Shown here: positions 17,388 through 26,096 of the stretch, one piece after another
Numbering within the stretch: the first letter of the stretch is position 1
Layout: every line of letters begins with the position of its first letter
Origin: Candidatus Sungiibacteriota bacterium
GTDB lineage: Bacteria; Patescibacteriota; Minisyncoccia; Sungbacterales; HO2-52-23
Direction of reading: 5' to 3'
Length of the DNA: 64,000 bases
NCBI GenBank assembly: GCA_016180435.1
Contig: JACPBG010000003.1
Location: forward strand, 13,791 to 77,790
Program-made: the position numbers and the translations under genes
The notes under the pieces: generated by a model
Told to the model about the DNA's origin: nothing
The model's input: only the letters and a program-made list of their open reading frames with translations
The model's database searches: none

Positions 17388-17497
17388 AGCCGTTCCTTAT
17401 GAAAGATCTTCAATATCTTTATACTCTGGCGCCGAAATTTAGGCAAATCGTTTTCTTGCGAAATGGATTTTTTTCGGTTATAATCGAATTATAATTT

Positions 17498-20400
17498 ATG
17501 CGCTATTTTCCCCACAAAATAGAAAAAAAGTGGCAAAAAATTTGGCTGAAAATGGAAATCTATGAACCCGACATCAAGAAAACCAAAAAGCCGTTTTATA
17601 ATTTAATGATGTTTCCGTATCCTTCCGCCGAAGGACTGCATGTTGGGAATATGTACGCGTTTACCGGCGCGGATATTTATGGTCGTTTTATGCGGATGCG
17701 GGGGCGTGATGTTTTTGAGCCGATCGGCCTTGATGGTTTCGGGATCCATTCGGAAAATTTTGCCATGAAAATTGGGAGGCACCCGGCGGATCAGGCCAAA
17801 ATTTCGGAGAAAAATTTTTACCGTCAGCTTGAGGCGCTTGGAAACGGGTTTGCTTGGTGTGAACGGCTTGAAACATATAACCCCGAATATTATAAATGGA
17901 CCCAATGGATTTTTGTGCAAATGTTTAAACGCGGCCTTGCCTATCGCAAAAAGCAGGCAGTGAATTGGTGTCCCAACTGCAAAACAGTGCTTGCGGATGA
18001 GCAGGTCATACAGAAATCCGAAATCCGAAATCCGAAATCCGAAACAAATTCGAAATTCGAAATTCCCGCCGGAGGCGAGGCTCGCTCGGGGCGGCAAAAT
18101 TCAAAACAAAAAATCACGATTGGCGTATGCGAACGATGCGATACGCCGGTGATTAAAAAAGAACTGGAGCAATGGTTTTTCAAAATAACGGATTATGCCG
18201 AGCGGCTTCTCGGAAATCTTGCAAAACTTGATTGGTCGGAGCGCGTCAAAATCGCGCAAAAAAACTGGATCGGGAAATCCGAGGGCGCTTTAATCAAATT
18301 TCCAATTTCCAATTTCCAATTTCCAATTAAGGATCTTGATTTTGTATTTATCCATGGATATAAAGGCGATTCACGGGATATTTTTTGGCCATGGTTTAGA
18401 AAAGAAATCGAACGTAGAGGCGCTAAGGTCTTTGCCCCCGACTTGCCCAATTCAGATGCGCCTAATATAAATGAACAGGTTCAATATGTTTTAAAGCAAC
18501 ATTCATTTAGCGAAAAGACCGTTATTGTGACTCACTCTTTGGGGGGCGTGGTTGCTATGAAATTATTGCCTTTATTGCACGATAAAATAGAACGGCTTTT
18601 GCTGGTGGCACCGCCTCTTCGGACGGAATTTCTGGATGGAAAAAAACGCCCGGCTTTAGAGGACGCTTGTGATTGGAAATTCAATTTTAATGAAATTAAA
18701 AAACACGCGAGGAATATTAGTGTTTTAGCAGATACGGAAGATCATGTTGTGTCCTTGGATCAACTCGTAGAAATTGCCGGACAGCTTAATGCCAGATTAC
18801 GGAAAACTGTGGCGAGTGCCCCGCATTTTAGAGAAATTGTAGAGCCGGAAATCGTAAACGAATTGTTTCCGGAAATTGAGATTTTTACCACGCGGCCGGA
18901 CACGCTTTTTGGAGCAACGTACCTCGTACTCTCGCCAGAGTACGAGGAAATTTCCAATTTCCAATTTCCAATTTCCAATCGCGGGGAAGTTGACGAATAT
19001 ATTAAAAATACGAAAGCTAAAACCGAGGAGGAAAGAATTTCCGAAGGCAGAGAAAAAACCGGAGTTGAATTAAAAGGAATAAAAGTTATAAATCCGGTAA
19101 ACGGCGAGGAAATCCCGGTGTGGGTTGCGGATTATGTTTTGGGCGGAGTGGGGATGGGCGCTATTATGGCGGTTCCGGCGCATGATGAGCGCGATTTTGA
19201 GTTCGCGAAAAAACACGATTTGCCGATTAAGACAGTCGTCGAATCATTCTACATTCAAAAAGAGGAACCGGGCGTATATAGAGAAAATGAATCAATCGTA
19301 CCGCGGGACGGGATAATTACAATTATCAAGCATTGGTCTGAAGATAAATATATTGGTCTTAAATGGAAAAAGGTTGCCTGGGGAACATTTCTTACGGGTG
19401 GCATAGAGAAAGGGCAAACCGCGGAACAGGCCGGAGTTGCTGAAATTTTGGAAGAAACAGGATATCTTCACCCCAAGTTTATTCGAGAACTTGGCATAAC
19501 GCACGGGCTTTTTTATCACGTTCCCAAAAAAGAGAATCGTCTTGTGCATGCACATATTCTCTATTTTGAATTGCAGGATGGGGCCCGGACCGAGATATCC
19601 GAAAAAGAGCAAGAGATTCATGATATAAAATGGTTGACTCTAAAAGAGCTTAAATCTTTCCTTACCCCCGCTACTCATACTTATGCCCTTGATTTATTTA
19701 GGGAGGGAATAAAAGTATATACGGGCGGGGGAATTCTTTGTAATTCCGGAGAATTCAACGGTATGGATTCAGAAAAGGCCAAATTGGAAATTACGAAATT
19801 CGTCTGCGGAGAGCGTAAAATTCAGTATCGCTTGCGGGATTGGTTGATTTCGCGACAAAGGTATTGGGGACCTCCAATTCCAATGATTTTTTGCGAGAGC
19901 TGCAAAAAATCACTGGAAAATTCCAAATTCTCGAAAGGAGAATTAGAAAATCCCGGATGGACAGCGGTGCCGGAAAAGGATTTGCCGGTAAAATTGCCGT
20001 ATGTGAAAAATTTCCGGCCGACCGGTACGGACAAATCACCCCTTGCCACTGTTAAAAAATTTTACAAAGTTCGCTGTCCCAAATGTAAATCTTGGGCTCG
20101 TAGGGAAACCGATGTTTCGGACACTTTCCTGGATTCGGCATGGTATTATTTACGCTATCCGAGCGTAAAAATGCAAAATTCAAAAATCAAAATGCAAAAT
20201 GAAAATTCAAAATCTAAAAATATAGAAATTCCTTGGAATTCGGAAATTACTAAAAAATGGACACCGGTGAACATGTACATAGGCGGAGCAGAACATTCTG
20301 TGCTTCATCTTCTTTACTCTCGTTTTTTAGCAATGGCGTTTAAGGATTGGGGATTGACGCATTTTGAAGAACCATTCACAAAATTTCGCGCGCATGGGCT

Positions 20401-21121
20401 TTTGATAAAAGACGGAACGAAGATGTCAAAGTCCAGGGGGAATGTGGTCAATCCGGATGAGTATATTAGAGCGTATGGCGCGGATGCTCTGCGTATGTAT
20501 TTGATGTTTTTGGGGCCGTTTGAGCAGGGCGGGGATTTTCGGGATGACGGGATCAGGGGAATAACACGGTTTTTGGAGAGAGCATACAAACTAATTTCCA
20601 ATTTCCAAAATCCAATTTCCAAACAAATTCCAAATTCAAAATCACAAATTCAAAAAATATTACACCAGACAATTAAGAAAGTAACGGAAGATATTGAGAA
20701 CCTGCAATACAATACGGCGATTTCGGCTTTAATGATACTTTTGAATAAGTTTGAAGAAAATCCGTCCGCAGTTACTAAAGAACACGTTTCAATATTTTTG
20801 CGATTGTTGGCTCCGGTTGCGCCCTTCATAACGGAGGAATTGTGGAGTATGTTTCCTACAAACTACAAACTACAAGCTACAAGCGTACATAAAAATAAGT
20901 GGCCGGAATATGACCCGAAATTGATTCAAGAAGACACGTTTGAGCTGGTGGTCCAGATAAACGGCAAAGTGCGGGACAAATTTGAGGCTCCGATTGATGT
21001 CTCTGAAGATAATGCAACCCGTTTGACTTTGGGGCGGGAGAGGGTTAAGAGTATAGTTGGAACCTTAAAACCGCGTAGGATTATTTTTGTCCCGAAGCGG
21101 TTGATAAATATCGTGATTTAG
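17498..21121 (+). CDS. leuS: Leucyl-tRNA synthetase carrying two extra inserted domains in one continuous ORF: an alpha/beta serine hydrolase (about 18329-18830) and a Nudix-like domain (about 19290-19720)
   Basis: LeuRS motifs: PYPSAEGLHVGN (HIGH-type), TTRPDTLFGATYLV, AVPAHDERDFEFA (editing Asp), NSGEFNGMD, YRLRDWLISRQRYWGPPIP and KMSKSRGNVVNP. The insert FIHGYKGD...THSLGG (GxSxG) resembles a YdeN/RBBP9-type hydrolase. The insert GGIEKGQTAEQAGVAEILEETGY is a Nudix-box-like sequence in which E is replaced by Q and R by A. At least six in-frame repeat insertions are present. Confidence 0.9.
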   Translation: MRYFPHKIEKKWQKIWLKMEIYEPDIKKTKKPFYNLMMFPYPSAEGLHVGNMYAFTGADIYGRFMRMRGRDVFEPIGLDGFGIHSENFAMKIGRHPADQAKISEKNFYRQLEALGNGFAWCERLETYNPEYYKWTQWIFVQMFKRGLAYRKKQAVNWCPNCKTVLADEQVIQKSEIRNPKSETNSKFEIPAGGEARSGRQNSKQKITIGVCERCDTPVIKKELEQWFFKITDYAERLLGNLAKLDWSERVKIAQKNWIGKSEGALIKFPISNFQFPIKDLDFVFIHGYKGDSRDIFWPWFRKEIERRGAKVFAPDLPNSDAPNINEQVQYVLKQHSFSEKTVIVTHSLGGVVAMKLLPLLHDKIERLLLVAPPLRTEFLDGKKRPALEDACDWKFNFNEIKKHARNISVLADTEDHVVSLDQLVEIAGQLNARLRKTVASAPHFREIVEPEIVNELFPEIEIFTTRPDTLFGATYLVLSPEYEEISNFQFPISNRGEVDEYIKNTKAKTEEERISEGREKTGVELKGIKVINPVNGEEIPVWVADYVLGGVGMGAIMAVPAHDERDFEFAKKHDLPIKTVVESFYIQKEEPGVYRENESIVPRDGIITIIKHWSEDKYIGLKWKKVAWGTFLTGGIEKGQTAEQAGVAEILEETGYLHPKFIRELGITHGLFYHVPKKENRLVHAHILYFELQDGARTEISEKEQEIHDIKWLTLKELKSFLTPATHTYALDLFREGIKVYTGGGILCNSGEFNGMDSEKAKLEITKFVCGERKIQYRLRDWLISRQRYWGPPIPMIFCESCKKSLENSKFSKGELENPGWTAVPEKDLPVKLPYVKNFRPTGTDKSPLATVKKFYKVRCPKCKSWARRETDVSDTFLDSAWYYLRYPSVKMQNSKIKMQNENSKSKNIEIPWNSEITKKWTPVNMYIGGAEHSVLHLLYSRFLAMAFKDWGLTHFEEPFTKFRAHGLLIKDGTKMSKSRGNVVNPDEYIRAYGADALRMYLMFLGPFEQGGDFRDDGIRGITRFLERAYKLISNFQNPISKQIPNSKSQIQKILHQTIKKVTEDIENLQYNTAISALMILLNKFEENPSAVTKEHVSIFLRLLAPVAPFITEELWSMFPTNYKLQATSVHKNKWPEYDPKLIQEDTFELVVQINGKVRDKFEAPIDVSEDNATRLTLGRERVKSIVGTLKPRRIIFVPKRLINIVI
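18013..18064. repeat. In-frame GAAATCC/GAAATTC heptad repeat in leuS (IQKSEIRNPKSETNSKFEIP)
   Basis: gaaatccgaaatccgaaatccgaaatccgaaacaaattcgaaattcgaaattcc. Confidence 0.8.
18065..18098. repeat. GGCGAGGCTCGC palindromic element copy in leuS (cccgccggaggcgaggctcgctcggggcggcaaaa; AGGEARSGRQ)
   Basis: About 90% identical to the metG copy at 14598-14633. Confidence 0.85.
18297..18328. repeat. In-frame ATTTCCA repeat x4 in leuS (FPISNFQFPIKD)
   Basis: aatttccaatttccaatttccaatttccaatt. Confidence 0.8.
18949..18980. repeat. In-frame ATTTCCA repeat x4 in leuS (ISNFQFPISN), preceded by an 11-bp inverted repeat cctcgtactct/agagtacgagg (18922-18948)
   Basis: atttccaatttccaatttccaatttccaatcg. Confidence 0.8.
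20168..20222. repeat. In-frame AAAATGCAAAAT/TTCAAAA repeat in leuS (KMQNSKIKMQNENSKSKN)
   Basis: aaaatgcaaaattcaaaaatcaaaatgcaaaatgaaaattcaaaatctaaaaa. Confidence 0.75.
20594..20655. repeat. In-frame TTTCCAA/ATTCAAA repeat in leuS (ISNFQNPISKQIPNSKSQIQKI)
   Basis: atttccaatttccaaaatccaatttccaaacaaattccaaattcaaaatcacaaattcaaaaa. Confidence 0.8.
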
Positions 21122-21130
21122 GAGGAAGAG

Positions 21131-21232
21131 GTGCTAGATTTTTTTATGAATATCACGCTCATGATAGTTCTTCTGGCAACAATTGCGTTAGTCGTAACAG
21201 TGATAGTGGTAAAAAGGAGGCAACATGAATAA
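21131..21232 (+). CDS. Tiny hydrophobic peptide (about 28-33 aa, single TM segment: MNITLMIVLLATIALVVTVIVVKRRQHE)
   Basis: GGAGG 5 nt upstream of a GTG at 21131, with an in-frame ATG at 21146. Below the 60-aa ORF-track cutoff. Confidence 0.25.
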   Translation: MLDFFMNITLMIVLLATIALVVTVIVVKRRQHE

Positions 21233-21359
21233 GGCGCGAAAACGTTTGCGTCAGCGTTGTCCTCGTTGCGGTTCGGCCTGTGATGGCTGGATGTGTGGAA
21301 GAGAGCATAAGCAAAAGAAAGGAGGTATTTATGGCAGGGAAGAAAAAAGATCCGCTTAA
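21225..21359 (+). CDS. 44-aa mini zinc-ribbon peptide (MNKARKRLRQRCPRCGSACDGWMCGREHKQKKGG...)
   Basis: GGAGG with a 5-nt spacer before the ATG, and a CPRC...C..C motif. Overlaps its neighbours in the manner of translational coupling. Confidence 0.3.
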   Translation: MNKARKRLRQRCPRCGSACDGWMCGREHKQKKGGIYGREEKRSA

Positions 21360-21570
21360 ATATATGAGCGAATCCGAGGCGCTCAAACGAGCTCACGCGT
21401 GCGTCAAGGATATGGTGCAAAAACTTGAAAGACTGAATGAGAAGCCATTTTCCAAGAAGGAACGAAGATTGCTTCTTCAGAAATTACAAGACGTGACACT
21501 TCGGTATTTAGACAAACATTTCGTCGTTGTTGTCGATACGGACGATCGAGTTCGCAAAAATCCCAGATAA
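21331..21570 (+). CDS. 79-aa charged helical hypothetical protein (MAGKKKDPLKYMSESEALKRAHACVKDMVQKLERL...)
   Basis: GGAGG 5 nt upstream of the ATG at 21331; a terminator hairpin cccagataacttctggg + T-run follows at 21569-21597. Confidence 0.45.
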   Translation: MAGKKKDPLKYMSESEALKRAHACVKDMVQKLERLNEKPFSKKERRLLLQKLQDVTLRYLDKHFVVVVDTDDRVRKNPR

Positions 21571-21595
21571 CTTCTGGGGTATTTTTTATATCCGA

Positions 21596-21700
21596 ACCCC
21601 GTTAAAGAAAAACCAACCGGACATTTTTTAATTTAGAGTTAACAAAAAATACTAAACATTCTTGCAGTAAAAACGTTTTCTGTTTTTCTCTAACGGGGTG
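21596..21700. repeat. CCCCGTTA(A/G)AG-TIR MITE-like element (aaccccgttaaag ... ctctaacggggtg)
   Basis: Same TIR family as 37109-37313 and the in-frame copy in mfd at 61976-62078. Confidence 0.6.
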
Positions 21701-21785
21701 AACCCTTTTCTTTCAATAAGAAGTTATATAATGTATAGATACATAAGCGCTATAGCGCCACTTTTAGAAAATTCATAAGTGAGCA

Positions 21786-21990
21786 TATGGGCGGTTGAGG
21801 ATGTTTGATTTTAGACAATGGGAGGATTAGTTTGTTAGGTTCTCCGCCGCAGGCGGATTCAATAAGAAAATTCTCCAAGCGAGTCACAGGCGGAATTTAG
21901 CATTTTGCTTTTAAGGCAATGGGAGGATAAGTTTGCATGGTTTCTGCCGCAGGCGGATACAATACGAAAACCCATAAACGAGCTAATCAT
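21786..21990. repeat. Family-B structured repeat (two tandem units containing ttttagacaatgggagg ... ccgccgcaggcgg ... gagtcacag)
   Basis: Shares the motifs gggcggttgaggatgtttgattttagacaatgggagg with 41380-41420 and 47375-47395. Confidence 0.7.
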
Positions 21991-22135
21991 TCTTTATTCA
22001 ATTAACGCAGGGCTGGCGAATAAATGGTGAGAAAATGTGACAAGGGAAGCCGGCTCTGCCGGAGGGTTTCCGTCACATTTTCGGCTCCATTTATCCAGAC
22101 CGAAGTTTTGAATAAAAATGATTGGCGAGTGAAAA

Positions 22136-23980
22136 ATGTGCGGAATTGTCGGATACATAGGTACAAAACGCGCCATCCCTATTTTATTGGACGGCCTGAA
22201 AGCGCTTGAATATCGCGGATACGATTCAAGCGGTTTTGCCGTACTCACCAAAAACGGAAACATCAAAAGCGAAAGAGCGGTGGGGAAGATTATGAATTTA
22301 GAGGAAAAAATCAGCGGCCGAGAAGATCTTTTCGGAACTTGCGGCATCAGCCATACCCGGTGGGCAACTCACGGCGGAGTTACGGAGGCAAACGCCCATC
22401 CGCATGCCGATTGCCGGCAGGAGATCTGGGCCGTGCATAACGGCATTATTGAAAATTATAAGGAACTGCGGCGCGACTTGGAAAAATTAGGACATAAATT
22501 CCGTTCCGAAACCGATACTGAAACCATCGTGCATTTGATTGAGGAGTTCAAGAATAAAAATCCGGAATTGCCGCTGGAAGAAGCGGTCCGGCTGTCTTTG
22601 CTTACTATCCGCGGAACATACGGCATTGCGGTGATTGATGCGCGCGAGCCCAAAAAACTTGTGGCAGCCAGGAATTTCAGCCCCCTGCTTCTTGGTATCG
22701 GAGATGGAGAATATCTGGTGGCATCGGACGCCTCCGCAGTGCTTAAATACACAAAGCAGGTGATATACCTTGATGACGGTGAAATTGCCGTGCTTTCGCA
22801 TGATGGGCATAGCGTCCATGATTTGAAACGGAAAAATCATGAGAAAAAATTGCACGAGATTGAATGGTCTTTGGAAGACGCGCAAAAAGGCGGGCATCCG
22901 CATTTCATGCGAAAGGAAATTTTTGAGCAGCCGGAAGCAATTGAAAATTCCATTCGCGGAAGGATCGTCGCCAAAGGCGGCCGCGCAAAATTAGGGGGAA
23001 TTGCGGAAATTACGGATCGTTTAAAAAGTGTCCGCCGCATCCATGTCGCGGCTTGCGGCACCGCCTATCTTGCGGGGAGGGTGGGAGAATACATGCTGGA
23101 GGAATATGCCGGAATTCCAACCGAGGTTGATCTGGCTTCGGAATTTCGTTATCGCAAGCCCGTATTTTGCGATGGGGATTTGTTCATTGCCGTTTCGCAA
23201 TCCGGAGAAACAGCCGATACCCTGGCTGCGCTTCGCGAGGCCAAAGAAAAAAGTGTACTAACCCTTGGAATTGTAAATGTGGTGGGGTCAACCATTGCGC
23301 GTGAAACCGATGTCGGAGTATATCAGCATATCGGACCGGAGATCGGGGTGGCGTCCACCAAGGCCTTTACGTCCCAGGTTGCGATTCTTGCCTTGCTTAC
23401 GCTTCTTTTGGGGCGCCAGCGCGAGATGTCCGGGGTTATGGGCGAGCGCATTGCCGCGGAATTAAAAAAAATTCCTTTGCATATCCGCGCAATTTTAAAA
23501 AATAGCGGTCAAATCGCCGCCCTTGCCCAAAAATACCAAAAATACGAAAATTTTTTGTATCTTGGCAGGAAATATAATTTGCCGGCGGCGCATGAGGGCG
23601 CCTTGAAGCTTAAAGAAATTTCGTATGTGCACGCCGAAGGGTGCGGAGCAGGCGAGATGAAGCACGGGCCGATTGCCATGATTGATGAGAATTTCCCATC
23701 GGTTTTTATCGCGCCGCAGGATTCCGTATATGACAAAATGATTTCCAATATTGAGGAAGTCAGGGCGCGCAAAGGCCCGATAATTGCGATCGCCACCCAA
23801 GGTGATGAAAAAATTCGTGAACTTGCGGATGATGTGATATATATTCCCAAAACTCTGGAGATGTTAACCCCGATTTTATCCGTAATTCCGCTTCAGCTTT
23901 TCGCTTACCATTTTGCGGTTTTGCGCGGCTGTGATGTAGACAAGCCGAGGAATTTAGCTAAAAGTGTTACCGTGGAATAG
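22136..23980 (+). CDS. glmS: Glutamine--fructose-6-phosphate aminotransferase (isomerising)
   Basis: N-terminal nucleophile MCGIVGYIG, a glutaminase domain and two SIS domains; 614 aa. Confidence 0.95.
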   Translation: MCGIVGYIGTKRAIPILLDGLKALEYRGYDSSGFAVLTKNGNIKSERAVGKIMNLEEKISGREDLFGTCGISHTRWATHGGVTEANAHPHADCRQEIWAVHNGIIENYKELRRDLEKLGHKFRSETDTETIVHLIEEFKNKNPELPLEEAVRLSLLTIRGTYGIAVIDAREPKKLVAARNFSPLLLGIGDGEYLVASDASAVLKYTKQVIYLDDGEIAVLSHDGHSVHDLKRKNHEKKLHEIEWSLEDAQKGGHPHFMRKEIFEQPEAIENSIRGRIVAKGGRAKLGGIAEITDRLKSVRRIHVAACGTAYLAGRVGEYMLEEYAGIPTEVDLASEFRYRKPVFCDGDLFIAVSQSGETADTLAALREAKEKSVLTLGIVNVVGSTIARETDVGVYQHIGPEIGVASTKAFTSQVAILALLTLLLGRQREMSGVMGERIAAELKKIPLHIRAILKNSGQIAALAQKYQKYENFLYLGRKYNLPAAHEGALKLKEISYVHAEGCGAGEMKHGPIAMIDENFPSVFIAPQDSVYDKMISNIEEVRARKGPIIAIATQGDEKIRELADDVIYIPKTLEMLTPILSVIPLQLFAYHFAVLRGCDVDKPRNLAKSVTVE

Positions 23981-24019
23981 TTGATATGATGGCCACCTTG
24001 TCATTAAATTTTAACTTGT

Positions 24020-24571
24020 TTAATCAAGCCGGTTTTTTATGTATGATTTCAAGGCGCTTCTAAATGGAAGCGCAAATTTTTTAGGATGGCGCTTTACGTC
24101 TTTAAGCAGAGATTTAAGGCCAACAAATTTATACATACTTATTTCGTACGAATTGGGGCAAATTTTTTCAGAAGCGCGTCCTGTATATAGATGATGAATT
24201 AATTTTCCGTGGCGGCTTATAACATCAAATCTTCCTATATATTTGAGTCGGGTTTTAATATGCAGTTCCTCATACAATTCTCGTTTGGCAGCAGAAAGAT
24301 ATGATTCGCTTTTCTCTACGTGCCCGCCAGCCGAGGAGGTAAAAAGGCTGGGATATGCTTTGGCAAATTTAGGCCTCTGACAAATTAAAAGCTCGCCCGC
24401 CGGATTGAATAAAAATATATGTACAATGCGGCGCCATAGGCCCAGCCGTTTAGCGTCTTCTTTGGTACTAATGGTAATCCTCTTGTCATTCATATCAAAA
24501 AGATCAAAAATCCGTTTTTGGGGAAACCGTTTAGGATATTTTTTGGTTTTAGGATATATGGTGAAGGCCAT
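24020..24571 (-). CDS. Nudix hydrolase
   Basis: Nudix box GGHVEKSESYLSAAKRELYEELHI (GG.vE.gE......REl.EElg). Confidence 0.8.
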   Translation of the reverse strand: MAFTIYPKTKKYPKRFPQKRIFDLFDMNDKRITISTKEDAKRLGLWRRIVHIFLFNPAGELLICQRPKFAKAYPSLFTSSAGGHVEKSESYLSAAKRELYEELHIKTRLKYIGRFDVISRHGKLIHHLYTGRASEKICPNSYEISMYKFVGLKSLLKDVKRHPKKFALPFRSALKSYIKNRLD

Positions 24572-24653
24572 AAAAGCATCACGTAATAATTTACAAGAAT
24601 TGTATGAGAAAAAAATTTGCCGCCTACTTGAGGTAAAAACTGCGTCAAGTTTA

Positions 24654-25199
24654 ATGAGACCGCGCCGTTTGATTATATCAGGAATTTCGGGTTCGGGGAA
24701 AACAACCCTGGGAAAGGCGCTGGAAAAAAGGGGATTTCAAAAATTTCCCAATGTAGTCACCCGGCCACGTCGTCCGGGTGAGCGAGCAGAGGAAAACATT
24801 TTTATTGATGATAAAATATTCAATCGTTGGCGCAAAGAAAGGCGTTTGGTCATGTGCCGTCAAACTAATGGTGTCTGGCACGCCATTTTTAAAAAACATC
24901 TGAATCACGTTAAAAATTCACGCCACCCTATTTATTTTGACAAAAGTATTCCATCGGCTCGTCGTCTCACTGAATTTTTGCCTGGTGTAAAATTTTTATT
25001 GATTTACCTTTTGCCTCCATCATTTCGCATATTGTATAATCGCTTAAAGCTCCGTGAAGAAAAAGATGGAATGGGAAAGGAAGAAATTCATCAGCGATTT
25101 TTTGAAGAAATAAATGAATTGGGGCAAAGCGCGCAACTGCCTTACGCATACATCGTAAATGATAAGATTGAGCGTATTATTCGTCTTATTTCGCAATAA
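24654..25199 (+). CDS. Guanylate kinase-like P-loop kinase
   Basis: P-loop IISGISGSGKTT at residues 7-18 when started at 24654, plus VVTRPRRPGE (the TTRPPRxGE Gmk motif). The longer ORF from 24405 would overlap the divergent Nudix gene. Confidence 0.6.
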   Translation: MRPRRLIISGISGSGKTTLGKALEKRGFQKFPNVVTRPRRPGERAEENIFIDDKIFNRWRKERRLVMCRQTNGVWHAIFKKHLNHVKNSRHPIYFDKSIPSARRLTEFLPGVKFLLIYLLPPSFRILYNRLKLREEKDGMGKEEIHQRFFEEINELGQSAQLPYAYIVNDKIERIIRLISQ

Positions 25200-25206
25200 A
25201 TAAAAA

Positions 25207-25899
25207 ATGAAGGCCGTAATTTTAGCAGCCGGAGAGGGGATTCGCATGCTGCCCCTTACGGAAAATAAACCCAAACCCTTGCTTGAGGTCCTTGGCAAGC
25301 CGCTTTTGCAATACTCTTTTGAGGCGTTACCCGACGTGGTGGATGAAGTTATTTTATTGGTTGGATATTTGGGTGATCAAATTCGTGATTATTGCGGCAA
25401 TGAGTTTTTGGGACGAAAAATCCGCTATGTGGAGCAAAAAGAAAAGCGCGGGACTGCGCATGGACTTTGGATATGCCGCGAATTTTTAGGGAACGAAAGA
25501 TTTCTGACATATTATGCCGACGACATTCAGCAAAAAGACGATTTGAAGGCCTGCCTTAAATATCCATTGGCAATTTCCGTAAGCACTGTATCAGATCCGC
25601 GAAAATTCGGAGTGGTCAGCGTAGATAAAAATATGCGGGTGCTGGATTTAGTGGAAAAGCCGGAAATTCCGCCATCCAATTTTGTTTCCACCGGCATTAA
25701 AGTACTGGATGAACGGATTTTTAAATATTTTTCCCCGCATCGCGAAAACGGCGAACATTATATTACGGATCCCTTGCGCGGTCTGGCGCATGATTGCGAA
25801 ATGATCGCGGTTCCGGCGTCGCACTGGATCCCGATTGGATATCCGGAGGATTTGAAAAAAGCCGAAATATTATTGGGTAAACGGGCGGGCATAAGATAA
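25207..25899 (+). CDS. Sugar-phosphate nucleotidyltransferase (GlmU N-terminal-like / RmlA-like)
   Basis: MKAVILAAGEGIRMLPLTENKPKPLLEV (G.G.R..P.T...PK signature). Confidence 0.85.
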   Translation: MKAVILAAGEGIRMLPLTENKPKPLLEVLGKPLLQYSFEALPDVVDEVILLVGYLGDQIRDYCGNEFLGRKIRYVEQKEKRGTAHGLWICREFLGNERFLTYYADDIQQKDDLKACLKYPLAISVSTVSDPRKFGVVSVDKNMRVLDLVEKPEIPPSNFVSTGIKVLDERIFKYFSPHRENGEHYITDPLRGLAHDCEMIAVPASHWIPIGYPEDLKKAEILLGKRAGIR

Positions 25900-26096
25900 A
25901 TCCCGCCCTTTCACCGCGGGGTATTACACCCCGCGGTAAATGCAAAACAATCTCCATTCATTCCTGTGCCAAGAGCATGGGGTATTCAGGAAAGAGCGGG
26001 ATAAATACGTCAGATTTTTTTCAAAGCAGGATACTTGCAATTCGTCCTGCTTTTTGATACGCTTTTCATGGTTCTTAACAACAGATAGAGGAAATT

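Noticed and set aside
780-20660. CRISPR array (because of many short direct repeats)
   Set aside because: The repeats are 7-10-nt units in immediate tandem with no spacers and lie inside coding frames. There are no 25-40-nt repeats separated by unique spacers and no cas genes.
21118-21420. 100-aa minus-strand ORF
   Set aside because: It has no RBS, whereas the three overlapping plus-strand small ORFs each have GGAGG at the ideal spacing. The minus ORF is read as antisense noise.
21571-22135. Possible glmS ribozyme in the 565-bp leader of glmS
   Set aside because: None of the conserved glmS ribozyme core segments is present (for example the AGCGCCAGAACU...GACGAGGA-type P1/P2 core). The region consists of Family-B and CCCCGTTAGAG-type repeats plus a local hairpin (22050-22100) instead.
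24405-24653. Long 5' extension of the Gmk-like ORF (start at 24405)
   Set aside because: It would overlap the divergently transcribed Nudix gene by about 165 bp. The P-loop sits at residues 7-18 only if the start is 24654, which matches guanylate kinase architecture.
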